A DNA stretch of 64,000 nucleotides from an uncultured bacterium (GCA_947643715.1 CANRXB010000012.1:444-64443), one strand, 5' to 3'. Shown: positions 1 to 10,050, counted from the stretch's first letter. Notes: a model not told the origin generated them from the letters alone. Made by a program: numbers and translations.

Positions 1-273
1 GTGGTGCTGGGCGTCATCGCCTTCATGTTCTCCACCATCGGCGGGCTGCTGGTGGGCAAGCTGATGTACGTGCTGTCCGGCGGCAAGATCAACCCGCTGA
101 TCGGCTCCGCGGGCGTGTCCGCCGTGCCTATGGCGGCTCGTGTGTCCCAGCAGGTGGGCCAGGAGGCCAATCCCTCCAACTTCCTGCTCATGCACGCCAT
201 GGGCCCCAACGTGGCGGGCGTCATCGGCTCCGCCATCGCGGCCGGCTTCCTCATCGCCGTGTTCGGCGGCTGA
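1..273 (+). CDS. Na+-translocating decarboxylase beta subunit (OadB/GcdB/MmdB family), 3' part
   Basis: C-terminal motifs [19 protein letters not shown] and [16 protein letters not shown]; 5' end lies outside the window. Confidence 0.9.
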   Translation: MVLGVIAFMFSTIGGLLVGKLMYVLSGGKINPLIGSAGVSAVPMAARVSQQVGQEANPSNFLLMHAMGPNVAGVIGSAIAAGFLIAVFGG

Positions 274-293
274 TCCGGCCCCTTCCAAGCAAG

Positions 294-325
294 AAGATCC
301 CGCTTCCGATCGGAAGCGGGATCTT
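294..325. terminator. Bidirectional intrinsic terminator
   Basis: Perfect 32-bp palindrome AAGATCCCGCTTCCGA/TCGGAAGCGGGATCTT between convergent genes. Confidence 0.8.
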
Positions 326-880
326 TCATATCCTTTCATACTTCGCTCTGCCCTGCCGGAACAGATCGTTCCCTTGGCTGTCGATCGCCACGGTGAGCGG
401 CAGGTCCTTCACCGTCATGCGCTTCACTGACTCGCAGCCCAGATCGTCGAACGCGATGATCTCCGCCGCCTCGATGCACCGGGCGATCAGCGCCCCGGCG
501 CCGCCGACCGCCGCGAAGTAGCAGGCCCCATTGCGCACGATCGCGTCCACCACCGCCTGGTCCCGCTCCCCCTTGCCGATCATGGCGGACAGCCCCAGGT
601 CCAGCAGCCGGGGCGTGAAACCGTCCATCCGGCCCGCCGTGGTCGGGCCGCAGGCCCCCACCGCCATCCCCTGCTGCCCAGGGGTAGGCCCGGCATAATA
701 GACGATCGAACCCTTCAGCTCGAACGGTAAGGGCTCGCCCCGGTCCAGCAGCTCGAACAGCCTCTTATGGGCCGCGTCCCGGGCAGTATAGATCGTCCCG
801 GACAGCAGCACCCGCTCCCCCGCTCTCAGCTCTGAAAAGCGTGTCCCAGATTCGGCCGTATCCAGCATCACCGCGCTCAT
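326..880 (-). CDS. Fe-S hydro-lyase beta subunit (class I fumarate hydratase / tartrate dehydratase beta)
   Basis: LSGTIYTARDAAHKRL, YYAGPTP, GPTTAGRMD, MIGKG motifs. Confidence 0.9.
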   Translation of the reverse strand: MSAVMLDTAESGTRFSELRAGERVLLSGTIYTARDAAHKRLFELLDRGEPLPFELKGSIVYYAGPTPGQQGMAVGACGPTTAGRMDGFTPRLLDLGLSAMIGKGERDQAVVDAIVRNGACYFAAVGGAGALIARCIEAAEIIAFDDLGCESVKRMTVKDLPLTVAIDSQGNDLFRQGRAKYERI

Positions 881-1509
881 CCCAAGCCTCCCCGTTCCCG
901 GAGCAGCTTGGCGGTCTCGTCCAGCTCACCCAGGCAGTCCGACCCACGGCTGAGGAGCTGCACCTGCGCCAGCAGGCCGTCCATCCCCCGGCGGAGCTGC
1001 TCGTACTGGCCCAGCACCCCGTCCAGCCATTCCTCCGTCTCCTTCCGGATGCGGTCCGATTCCTCCTGGGCCTGGCTCAGCGTGTCCTGGGCCTTCCGGT
1101 GGGCATCCAGCTCCACGGTGGCCACACGGTCTTTCAATTGGGCGTAGCTGGACGCCATCGGTTCCAGCTTGCCCACCTGGGCCTGGAGCCGCCCCAGCTC
1201 CTGCTTGGCCACCACCAGCTTGGACTCGGTCTGGGACAGCTCGCCCCGCAGACGGGACAGCGTCCGGGTGGATTCCTCCAGGCAGGCCCGGGCCTTGGCC
1301 TCCTCCGCCGCAGCGCTCCCTTTGGCGCTTTCCGCGCCGGACAGTGCGGCTTCCAGCTCTGCGCTGCGTCCCTCGGCCTGCTCCAACCGCTCCTGGAGCT
1401 GCGCCAGCTCCTGCCGGTGGGCAGCGGCGGTCTGCTCGATGTACTCCTGCACGTCTTGACGGTTGAACCCCCCCAGCGCACTGCGGAATTTCTGAATCAC
1501 GGCATCCAT
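877..1509 (-). CDS. DivIVA-domain coiled-coil protein
   Basis: N-terminal FRSALGGFNRQDVQEYI resembles the DivIVA motif, followed by a long E/Q/A/L-rich coiled coil. Confidence 0.7.
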   Translation of the reverse strand: MDAVIQKFRSALGGFNRQDVQEYIEQTAAAHRQELAQLQERLEQAEGRSAELEAALSGAESAKGSAAAEEAKARACLEESTRTLSRLRGELSQTESKLVVAKQELGRLQAQVGKLEPMASSYAQLKDRVATVELDAHRKAQDTLSQAQEESDRIRKETEEWLDGVLGQYEQLRRGMDGLLAQVQLLSRGSDCLGELDETAKLLRERGGLG

Positions 1510-1686
1510 CCGCTCTCCCTCTTTCTATCGAAATATAAGTCCTCCATCATTTTACCACAGACCAGAGCCGCTGACAATCTTTTTATCCCAGTTCGTTCCA
1601 GCCCCCATCTTTGCGGTGATGGTATATATGGCATCTTTTCCTTTCCTGCCGCCAAAGCCGGGGCCGGTGAGCTTCCGGATCGTGCG

Positions 1687-1715
1687 TTGACGTCCGTGAC
1701 CGGCCGTGATAGAAT
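1687..1715 (+). promoter_or_regulatory. sigA-type promoter
   Basis: TTGACG-N17-TAGAAT upstream of the GrpB gene. Confidence 0.6.
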
Positions 1716-1752
1716 GACCATGATGGACATCGATCTGTGAGGGAGTGCAGAA

Positions 1753-2319
1753 ATGGGGAAAGAACTATCCGAGATGTCTTTGGAAGAATTGTGGGAGCTG
1801 TTCCCCATATCCCTTGTCCCCCATGACGACAGATGGGAACGAAACTATGATGAGATCGAGGCCCTTCTGAAAAGCGTGTCGTCCGGATATCCGATCGAGC
1901 GGATCAGCCACATCGGGAGCACGGCCATCGCCGGGATATGGGCGAAGGACATCGTAGACGTGCTTGTGGAAGTATCCAGGGATTCGGATATCGAGGACAC
2001 CGCGAAAGCGATCGAATCGAGCGGATCCATTCGGATGTCGGCAGGCGCGGACCGGATATCGTTCAACCGCGGATATACGAAAGACGGATTTGCTGAAAAA
2101 GTCTTTCACATACACCTTCGTTATCTTGGAGACAATGACGAACTGTATTTTAGGGACCTCCTGAACGAGCGCCCGGAAATAGCCAAGGAATATGAGGCGC
2201 TGAAATTACGATCGTGGAAGCGATTCGAGCACGACAGGGATGCTTACACCGAGGCAAAGACGCAGTTCATCCGAAAATGGACCTCTGAAGCAAAAAGAGC
2301 CTACCCAGGGCGGTACTGA
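1753..2319 (+). CDS. GrpB/UPF0157 family protein
   Basis: ISHIGSTAIAGIWAKDIVD, HIHLR, ELYFRDLL and AKEYEALK motifs. Confidence 0.85.
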   Translation: MGKELSEMSLEELWELFPISLVPHDDRWERNYDEIEALLKSVSSGYPIERISHIGSTAIAGIWAKDIVDVLVEVSRDSDIEDTAKAIESSGSIRMSAGADRISFNRGYTKDGFAEKVFHIHLRYLGDNDELYFRDLLNERPEIAKEYEALKLRSWKRFEHDRDAYTEAKTQFIRKWTSEAKRAYPGRY

Positions 2320-2485
2320 CGATCCCCAAACCATCGGATGAAGGGATATCTTGAGCGTCGGCAAAACGAACGGTAAAAGGAAGGCACATGGCTGGACTTT
2401 ACGGCGCGATCCCTTTATACTATGGCCAAGATCTGGCAGCAGGCATCACGCGGGGATGCGGCCGTGAGGAACAGGAGTTGGAACG

Positions 2486-4828
2486 ATGCGATACAGTCTA
2501 TGTGACGGCTGGGAGTTCGTCCCATGTTGGAGCGAGAGCTTCCTAGCCGGTGAAGGGACGGCCAGTCCCGTCCGTCTGCCCCACACCTGCAAGGAACTTC
2601 CCCTACACTGCGTCGATCCCCAGGATTACCAGATGCTGTGCGGCTACCGGCGGCGGCTGGACATGCCTCCTGGGCTCAAGGACAAACGGTCGTTCCTCCA
2701 GCTAGACGGCGCGGCCCATACTGCCACGGTATACGTCAACGGCGTGCAGGCCGCGGTCCACCGCTGTGGATACACCGCTTTCCGGGTGGAGCTCACCGGA
2801 CTGCTGACGCCGGACGGACCGGATCTCATCGCCGTCAAGCTGGATACCAGCGAGGACCCGGCCATCCCGCCCTTCGGCTCCATGGTGGACTATCTGACGT
2901 ATGGCGGGCTGTACCGCGAGGCTTGGCTGGACGTGCGGGAGTACGGCTATATCACGGACATCTATGTCACCACCCCCACTCTCACCACGGCAGAGGTGAG
3001 GGTATCCACCGACGGGGCCCCCGCCGGTGCAAGCACGGAGGTCACGATCCTGGACCGCACCGGGACGGCGGTATGGACCGGAGGACCGGGGAGCGTCAGC
3101 CTGCCCGACGCCGAGCCCTGGGACCTGGAACGCCCCACGCTGTACCGCTGCGCCGTCCGTCTCCTCTCCCCGGACGGCGCTGAGCTGGACCGGCAGGAGA
3201 CGCCGTTTGGCTTCCGCACGGCCCGGTTCGAGGCGGACGGCTTCTACCTCAACGGGAAAAAGACCTTCCTGCGGGGGCTGAACCGCCACCAGAGCTGGCC
3301 CTACGTGGGCTATGCCGCGCCGGAGTCCCTCCAGCGGGAGGACGCCCGTATCTTGAAGGAGGAGCTGGGCTGCAATGCCGTGCGTACCAGCCACTATCCC
3401 CAGAGCCCGCATTTCCTGGACGAGTGCGACCGGCTCGGGCTGGCGGTGTTCACGGAGCTCCCCGGCTGGCAGCACATCGGGGACGCGGCCTGGAAGGACC
3501 AAGCCTACGAAGATCTTCGGGAGACGATCCTCCAATACCGGAACCATCCCTCCATCGTGCTGTGGGGCGTGCGCATCAACGAGAGTCCCGACGACGACGC
3601 GTTCTACAGCCGTACCAACGCCATCGCCCACGAGCTGGACCCCAGCCGTCAGACCTCCGGCGTGCGGCATCGGACAAAAAGCAGTCTGCTGGAGGATGTG
3701 TACGCTTACAACGACTTCTCCCACGACGGGACGGCCCCCGGCGTGAAGCCCAAAGCGGCAGTCACCCCGGACATGGACAAGGCCCTCCTCGTCTCAGAGT
3801 GCAACGGCCATATGTTCCCCACCAAATCCTTCGACCCCTGGGAGAAGCGGCAGGAGCAGGCCCTGCGCCACGTTCGGGTGCAGGACGCCGCCATCGAAGA
3901 GCACGCCGGCTGCTATGGATGGTGCATGTTCGATTACCCCACCCATGGGGACTTCGGCTCCGGCGACCGGATCTGCTATCACGGGGTGCTGGACGCTTTT
4001 CGCAACCCCAAGCTGGCTGCGGCGGCCTACGCCAGCCAAGGGGACGGGGCCCCCGTGTTGGCCGTGGGCTCCTCCATGGACATTGGCGACTACCCCGGCG
4101 GGCATCTGGGGCAGGTCTACGTGTTCTCTAACGCCGACCGGGTGTCGCTGTACAAAAACGGCGCGTTCGTCGCCGACCTGCACCGCGGACCGTGGCACGC
4201 CCTGCCCCATCCTCCCTTCACAGTGGACGACACCATCGGACAGTTGTTGGAGACCCAGGAGGGGATCTCCCCTGGAAAGGCGCGCCTGCTGCGGGAGTGC
4301 CTGCTGGCCATGGAGAAGCACGGCCTAACGGATCTCCCCTTGGGCCACCGGTTGAAAATACTTTGGTGTAAGGCCCGGTGCGGCCTGAGCTCCCAGGCTT
4401 TGATGGACCTGTACGGCAGATATGTGGCCAACTGGGGCAGTGAAGCCACCGTCTGGCGCTTCGATGCCATCCGGGACGGGCATACCGCAGCCAGCGTCAC
4501 CTGCCGGCCCTCCTCCGCCCTCCATCTGGAGGTGCGCCCCAGCCACACCTGCCTCACCGAAACGGCGAGCTACGACATGGCCGCCGTCCGGGTGCGCATC
4601 CTGGACGGGAACGGGAACCAGGCCCCTTATGCCCAACTTCCGATCACCTTCACCATGTCCGGGGCGGCGGAGCTCGTAGGGCCCGCCACCGTCACCGCCG
4701 AGGGCGGCATGTGCGGCGCCTATGTCCGCACCCTCGGCAGGGCCGGGACCGCCTCGCTCACCGTCCACACAGACCAGACGCAGGACGTCGTCCTGCGCTT
4801 CACCATCGAACTCGGGCCGGGACCGTGA
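2486..4828 (+). CDS. Glycoside hydrolase family 2 (beta-galactosidase/beta-glucuronidase-like), no signal peptide
   Basis: LRGLNRHQ, NAVRTSHYP, RNHPSIVLWGVRINES (acid/base NE), LVSECNGH. Confidence 0.9.
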   Translation: MRYSLCDGWEFVPCWSESFLAGEGTASPVRLPHTCKELPLHCVDPQDYQMLCGYRRRLDMPPGLKDKRSFLQLDGAAHTATVYVNGVQAAVHRCGYTAFRVELTGLLTPDGPDLIAVKLDTSEDPAIPPFGSMVDYLTYGGLYREAWLDVREYGYITDIYVTTPTLTTAEVRVSTDGAPAGASTEVTILDRTGTAVWTGGPGSVSLPDAEPWDLERPTLYRCAVRLLSPDGAELDRQETPFGFRTARFEADGFYLNGKKTFLRGLNRHQSWPYVGYAAPESLQREDARILKEELGCNAVRTSHYPQSPHFLDECDRLGLAVFTELPGWQHIGDAAWKDQAYEDLRETILQYRNHPSIVLWGVRINESPDDDAFYSRTNAIAHELDPSRQTSGVRHRTKSSLLEDVYAYNDFSHDGTAPGVKPKAAVTPDMDKALLVSECNGHMFPTKSFDPWEKRQEQALRHVRVQDAAIEEHAGCYGWCMFDYPTHGDFGSGDRICYHGVLDAFRNPKLAAAAYASQGDGAPVLAVGSSMDIGDYPGGHLGQVYVFSNADRVSLYKNGAFVADLHRGPWHALPHPPFTVDDTIGQLLETQEGISPGKARLLRECLLAMEKHGLTDLPLGHRLKILWCKARCGLSSQALMDLYGRYVANWGSEATVWRFDAIRDGHTAASVTCRPSSALHLEVRPSHTCLTETASYDMAAVRVRILDGNGNQAPYAQLPITFTMSGAAELVGPATVTAEGGMCGAYVRTLGRAGTASLTVHTDQTQDVVLRFTIELGPGP

Positions 4829-4932
4829 TGGGACTGACCCCGCCTCTATGACCGGCGGGCCGGGGCGATCCAGACGCCGAGGACGGCAAAAGCATCGCAT
4901 CTCCACGACCAACGATCGGAGGGACACATGAT

Positions 4933-5601
4933 ATGACACGATCAGAAGCGATCGAGGCCCGGCACAGCGTCCGGCAGTACCTCGAGGGGCCGCTGACGCC
5001 GGACGAGCTGGCCGGCCTGCGCTCAGAGATCGACGCCTGCAACCGGGAAAGCGGGCTCCACATCCAATTGGCGATCGACGAACCCAAAGCCTTCTCCGGC
5101 TCCATGGCCCGCTACGGCAAGTTCAGCGGCGTGACCAACTATCTCACCTTGGTGGGGAAGGCAGGGCCAGATCTCCAGGAAAAGTGCGGCTATTGGGGCG
5201 AACGGCTGGTGCTGAAGGCCCAGATGCTGGGGCTGAACACCTGTTGGGTGGCGCTGACGTTCAACAAGGTGAGATCCGCCTATGTCCTCGACGACGGAGA
5301 GAAGCTGGCCGCCGTCATCGCCTTGGGCCACGGCGCGACCCAGGGCGTCCCCCATGTGTCCAAGCCCATGGACGAGGTATCGAAGGTGGACGGCCCCATG
5401 CCCGATTGGTTCCGCGCGGGGATGGACGCCGTCCTGTTGGCCCCCACGGCGGTGAACCAGCAGAAGTTCCTGTTCACGCTGGAGGAGGACGGCAGGGTGT
5501 CCGCCCAGCCGGGCCACGCTTTCTATGCCAAAATGGATCTGGGCATCGCAAAGTACCACTTCGAGCTGGGCGCAGGGAAAGGAAGCTTCCAATGGAAATG
5601 A
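4933..5601 (+). CDS. Nitroreductase family protein
   Basis: AIEARHSVRQY FMN-binding start; second domain with LLAPTAVNQQKF and DLGIAKYHFE. Confidence 0.85.
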   Translation: MTRSEAIEARHSVRQYLEGPLTPDELAGLRSEIDACNRESGLHIQLAIDEPKAFSGSMARYGKFSGVTNYLTLVGKAGPDLQEKCGYWGERLVLKAQMLGLNTCWVALTFNKVRSAYVLDDGEKLAAVIALGHGATQGVPHVSKPMDEVSKVDGPMPDWFRAGMDAVLLAPTAVNQQKFLFTLEEDGRVSAQPGHAFYAKMDLGIAKYHFELGAGKGSFQWK

Positions 5602-5615
5602 AGGGAAGGATGGGC

Positions 5616-6227
5616 ATGAGGATCGGATCTGGAAAAATGGAGTGGCTCAGGGAGCCCGAACATCACTCGATCCAGGACGGACGGATCGAGATCACCACTG
5701 CGCCAGGCACCGACCTGTGGCAGCGGACCTATTATCACTTCCGCAACGACAACGCCCCTGTGCTCCAGATGGAGACGGAGGAAAAGTTCTTCTCCTTCGT
5801 GGTGAGGACAGATTTCACCGACGCGCACCACCGTTTCGATCAGTGCGGCATCGTGATGTACCTGGACAGCGAGAACTGGCTCAAAGGGTCCGTGGAGTAC
5901 GAGAACGAGGAGTTCCAGCACTTGGGCAGCGTCGTGACCAACCACGGCTGGTCGGATTGGGCCACTACCGCTGTCCCGGCCCAGATCAAGACCATGTGGT
6001 ATCGGTTCAGCCGCCGGGAGGACGACTACTGCATCGAATGTTCTCAGGACGGGCTCCACTTCACCCAGATGCGGGTGTGCCATATGTGGGAGGGCGGGGG
6101 CAAGATCAGGTTCGGCGTCTACGCCTGCAGCCCGGAGGACTCGTCCTTCACGGCGGTCTTTTCCCACATGGAGCTCTCCGAATGCAAATGGCCGGCCCAC
6201 GACGGACAAGCGCCCGACGAGGGATGA
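5616..6227 (+). CDS. DUF1349 (concanavalin-like) protein
   Basis: TAPGTDLWQRTYYHFRNDNAP and FDQCGIV motifs; start set at ATG 5616 after a GGAAGGA RBS (alternative 5598). Confidence 0.75.
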   Translation: MRIGSGKMEWLREPEHHSIQDGRIEITTAPGTDLWQRTYYHFRNDNAPVLQMETEEKFFSFVVRTDFTDAHHRFDQCGIVMYLDSENWLKGSVEYENEEFQHLGSVVTNHGWSDWATTAVPAQIKTMWYRFSRREDDYCIECSQDGLHFTQMRVCHMWEGGGKIRFGVYACSPEDSSFTAVFSHMELSECKWPAHDGQAPDEG

Positions 6228-6288
6228 GCGGACCCACACCGCCGGATCCGATCCGGTGGAACTACTTAGGATGAAGGAGCGATGAGCT

Positions 6289-7575
6289 ATGTCACAGCCT
6301 GTCACATTCGCAGTGTGCGGCTGCGGGGCCCGCGGCTTGGAAGCCTATGCCCCCTATCAGGACCGCCACCCGGAGGAGATGAAGATCGTCGCCGGGGCGG
6401 ACATCCGCCCGGAGCGGCTGGCCATGCTGCGGCAGCGATATCATGTCCCCGAGGATCGATGCTTCGCCTCCGATCAGGAGCTGCTGGCCTGTCCCCGTCT
6501 GGCCGACGCGATGATCGTGGCCACACAGGACCGCCAGCATGTCCCTACCGCCCTGGCCGCTCTGGACAAGGGCTATCATGTGCTGCTGGAAAAGCCGATC
6601 TCCCCCAGCCTGGAGGAGTGCCGCGCCCTGCAAGCCAAGGCCCATGAGACCGGACGGGCGGTGGTGGTATGCCATGTGCTGCGCTACACCCGATTCTATT
6701 CCACACTGGAATCCCTCCTCCGCCGGGGCGCGATCGGCAAGATCGAGACCATCGACGCAGTGGAGCACGTGGCTTATTGGCATCAGGCCCACAGCTTCGT
6801 CCGGGGCAATTGGCGCAGGTCCGACGAGACGAGCCCCATGATCCTGGCCAAGAGCTGCCATGACATGGACATCCTGCGTTGGCTGGCCGGAGAGCCATGC
6901 CTCAAGGTGCAGAGCTTCGGGTCCCTGGACTTCTTCCGGGCCGACCGGGCGCCGGAGGGAGCGGCCCTGCGCTGTCTGGACGGCTGCCGGTGCAAGGACG
7001 ATTGCCCTTACGACGCAGAAAAGATCTACATCACCGATCCTGCCACCGGCGTCCACGGGAAAGGGAAAGAGTGGCCATGCGGGGTACTTGCCAACGACCC
7101 CACGGAGGAAAAGATCCGGGAGGCCCTGCGGACCGGACCGTACGGCCGCTGTGTGTTCCATTGTGACAACGATGTGGTGGATCACCAGACGGTCGCGCTG
7201 GAATTCTCCAACGATATCCATGCTACGTTCACTATGACCGCCTTCACCCAGACCTGCCACCGCACCATCAAAGTGACCGGCACCTTGGGCGAGGTGGAGG
7301 GGGATATGGCCGAGAACGTCCTCCATCTGCGCCCCTTCGGCCGGCCGGAGCAGATCGTCGACCTTCGGGGAGAGAGCGGCGAGTCGTCCGGACACGGCGG
7401 CGGCGACGGTGGGCTGATGAAGAGCTTCTGCCGCCTCATCGCCGGCGGCGATCCTCAAGGCTCGATCCAAGGACTGACCAGTGTGGACGCCTCGGTGGAG
7501 AGCCACGTCATGGCCTTGGCCGCTGAGTCCTCCCGCCTGGCGGGCGGCGCGACGATCGCCCTGGCCGACTTTTGA
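6289..7575 (+). CDS. Gfo/Idh/MocA family NAD(P)-dependent oxidoreductase
   Basis: GCGARG Rossmann motif, HVLLEKPIS, ILAKSCHDMD. Confidence 0.9.
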   Translation: MSQPVTFAVCGCGARGLEAYAPYQDRHPEEMKIVAGADIRPERLAMLRQRYHVPEDRCFASDQELLACPRLADAMIVATQDRQHVPTALAALDKGYHVLLEKPISPSLEECRALQAKAHETGRAVVVCHVLRYTRFYSTLESLLRRGAIGKIETIDAVEHVAYWHQAHSFVRGNWRRSDETSPMILAKSCHDMDILRWLAGEPCLKVQSFGSLDFFRADRAPEGAALRCLDGCRCKDDCPYDAEKIYITDPATGVHGKGKEWPCGVLANDPTEEKIREALRTGPYGRCVFHCDNDVVDHQTVALEFSNDIHATFTMTAFTQTCHRTIKVTGTLGEVEGDMAENVLHLRPFGRPEQIVDLRGESGESSGHGGGDGGLMKSFCRLIAGGDPQGSIQGLTSVDASVESHVMALAAESSRLAGGATIALADF

Positions 7576-7592
7576 GATCAGGCGCCATAGAC

Positions 7593-7628
7593 AAGACCGC
7601 CTTGCCGACGAAGCAAGGCGGTCTTTTT
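7593..7628 (+). terminator. Intrinsic terminator
   Basis: Stem AAGACCGCCTTGC/GCAAGGCGGTCTT followed by a T run. Confidence 0.75.
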
Positions 7629-7676
7629 CTCAACAGACGGTCGTGGCCCTGTGCTACTGTGGTCAGGACGCGCAGC

Positions 7677-8276
7677 TCAGTCCTTCCGGCGAGCTTCGAT
7701 CGCCTCCAGCGCGTCAGCCAGCGCTGTGAAGCTGTCCCGGCCCTTTTCAGCGAAAGCGAGGAACCCGGCGCTCCCGGAAACAGGCTTCCACAAACCCATC
7801 AGCTTCGCATATGCGAGCGCGTCGCCGTCGGTGTCCGACAGGCCCATACAACAAAGGCTGAGGGAATCCCTAACGGCGCTCTGGCCATCGATCTGATAGC
7901 ATCCGACGCCGAAGCCAAAGCCGCCCTCCGCCAGTGAACCCACGACGACGCAGCCATGATACCCGAGCTGGCCGACCTCGTCTTTTTTCAAAACGCCCAT
8001 GTCGATCAGATCCTCGAGCAGAGAATCATACTCCTCCTGCGTCATCTTACTGGGATCGTACTTCTCTGCCAGCTCCGCCAGGTCGCTGTCCGTCAGCTTT
8101 TTCCGAGGCGCGGCAGCCTCGACCTCAGCCGCAGGATCGGCAGCCTTCTGCGCCGCCCGCTCCTTCATCTGCGCAATGAACTCATCGCCCCAGCGCATCG
8201 TGACCTTACATCCCGGGACATACCCGGTATAGCCGCTCCCGGGCGTATAGGTCACCTTCATGTCTCTGATATCCAT
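7677..8276 (-). CDS. Hypothetical protein (199 aa)
   Basis: RBS AAGGAG upstream; protein-like composition; no family recognised. Confidence 0.65.
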   Translation of the reverse strand: MDIRDMKVTYTPGSGYTGYVPGCKVTMRWGDEFIAQMKERAAQKAADPAAEVEAAAPRKKLTDSDLAELAEKYDPSKMTQEEYDSLLEDLIDMGVLKKDEVGQLGYHGCVVVGSLAEGGFGFGVGCYQIDGQSAVRDSLSLCCMGLSDTDGDALAYAKLMGLWKPVSGSAGFLAFAEKGRDSFTALADALEAIEARRKD

Positions 8277-8344
8277 CTTCGGGCTCCTTCTTTCTTAAAA
8301 CTAAAGTGGGACCACCGGCGCATGACAGCAGTCTTTCCGGATAT

Positions 8345-8950
8345 CTATATCATCTCCAAGCTGTCCCTCGCCTTCAAAACGTATCTGGCGATGCGATAAG
8401 CGGCATATCCGATCATACATCCCGCCACATTCAATAATACGTCATCGATATCGCAGGTCCTGCCGATGAGATATTGTATCACTTCCACTGAGACAGACGT
8501 CACTGCCGCGATACACAAGACGCTGTACCACTTCTGCCCTTTCCGAAACAGCATCGGAAGGAAGATACCCAGCGGAACGAACACCAGCAGATTGAAGAGC
8601 AGGTTCACCCTGCCGACAAATGCCGCATCCGCTCCCAGCGGCAGATCTCCCGTGAGCTGCGCCCAAAGAGTGCGGAACGGGATCAGATTGTATCGGCCCT
8701 CTCGTAAGATCATCCTGATATTGATGTATCGATAGCCATCTCTGCTTTCCGTCCATAGCACTGCCTCTGGAGCGAGCGACCGGGAGGCTATCCCCACGAT
8801 ATAAGCAGCAAACGCCGTCCTCTTGCATTCCTTGGGAAAGTCGAGCTCACACCTGCGCCGTCTTGCTTGGATCCAACGCACGAGAGCATAACATATGCCG
8901 CCTACGATGGCCCATAATGCCATCGATGATATGTATCTTCTAATGATCAC
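8345..8950 (-). CDS. VanZ family membrane protein
   Basis: NLIPFRT, NLLVFVPLGIFLP, VEVIQY, DIDDVLLNVAG. Confidence 0.85.
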   Translation of the reverse strand: MIIRRYISSMALWAIVGGICYALVRWIQARRRRCELDFPKECKRTAFAAYIVGIASRSLAPEAVLWTESRDGYRYINIRMILREGRYNLIPFRTLWAQLTGDLPLGADAAFVGRVNLLFNLLVFVPLGIFLPMLFRKGQKWYSVLCIAAVTSVSVEVIQYLIGRTCDIDDVLLNVAGCMIGYAAYRIARYVLKARDSLEMI

Positions 8951-9189
8951 TATACATCATCCTTTTCTGGGGTACGCCCTGCACTGTCCATCGCGATCAT
9001 CGTCTCATAGGCATCCCCCCTATCACACCTGTCACCACCATGGAACACACTCGAACGACAGTGCCATCATGCGCCCTATCGAGCCAATGTTACCATTGGC
9101 TCAAATAAATGTCAATGCTATATATTGATTTTTTATGCCAATATGCTACTTTATAGTTGCCTAACACAAGGAAGTGGAAGGGACAGTCG

Positions 9190-9537
9190 ATGAGCGATAC
9201 GAGCCATAGTTTTGAATCTTATTATAAGCGTGCCACCAGCCCGCTCGCGGTGTTGTGGCTTTTGAAGGACCAGACGATGTATGGGTACCAAATCTCTCAA
9301 GAGCTGCAAAAAAGAAGCGATGGCCGCTTCACCATCGCTGTGCTTTATCCTGTCCTGTATCGTTTAGAGGAACAGGGATATATCCGTGTGGAGCGAACAG
9401 AAGTCATGAACAATCGGGCCCGCGGCTATTATTCCATCACTGATGAGGGACGCCGGCATCTCGCGAGATCGTTGGAGGAATACGCGCAGATGCACCAGGC
9501 GTTCATGGCTATCGTGGAGGGAGGTGGATCGTTATGA
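9190..9537 (+). CDS. PadR family transcriptional regulator
   Basis: MYGYQISQEL, LYPVLYRLEEQGYI, RGYYSITDEG; start set at ATG 9190. Confidence 0.9.
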   Translation: MSDTSHSFESYYKRATSPLAVLWLLKDQTMYGYQISQELQKRSDGRFTIAVLYPVLYRLEEQGYIRVERTEVMNNRARGYYSITDEGRRHLARSLEEYAQMHQAFMAIVEGGGSL

Positions 9538-9929
9538 CGGACCCTTTCGCAAGCTACATCAAGCAGGTGGACCGGGCCTTGGACCTGCCGCGGCGCCAAA
9601 AAAAGGAGCTCCTGTGTGGGTTCCAGGCAGAATTGAAGGAGCGGTTCTCTGACATACCCAACGAGAAGACCCTGCTGGCCGACATCGGGCGGCCGGAGGA
9701 AGTGGCGTATACGCTGCTCGAAGCTGTAGACGTCAAAGAACATACGCGTTTCAATTCCATCCGTATCCGCTGGCTCTGCTCCATCATCGCTGTGCTCGCT
9801 CTATTAGCGACTTTGAGCATTGGGTCATTCGCTTACTTCGGTTTGACCCGAATCGATCGTGCAGAAGTGACCATCGTTGAGGATCCCATCCCGACTCAAT
9901 ACTCTTTCCCCACAGACGGCGGAGAATAA
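9534..9929 (+). CDS. PadR-associated single-pass membrane protein (HAAS/DUF1700-like N-terminus)
   Basis: ATGA overlap with padR; soluble N-domain with DIGRPEEVA, then one hydrophobic helix. Confidence 0.7.
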   Translation: MTDPFASYIKQVDRALDLPRRQKKELLCGFQAELKERFSDIPNEKTLLADIGRPEEVAYTLLEAVDVKEHTRFNSIRIRWLCSIIAVLALLATLSIGSFAYFGLTRIDRAEVTIVEDPIPTQYSFPTDGGE

Positions 9930-10050
9930 GAAATCGGAGGCTGCATGACAGGCAGCTTCAAGCGCTCCCTGTTCCCCAAAACTGTTTCTGTCTCGCTGAC
10001 ATGCTCCCCCAACGGGGTCCTGTCCTGATCCCAGCACCATATGCGAACGA

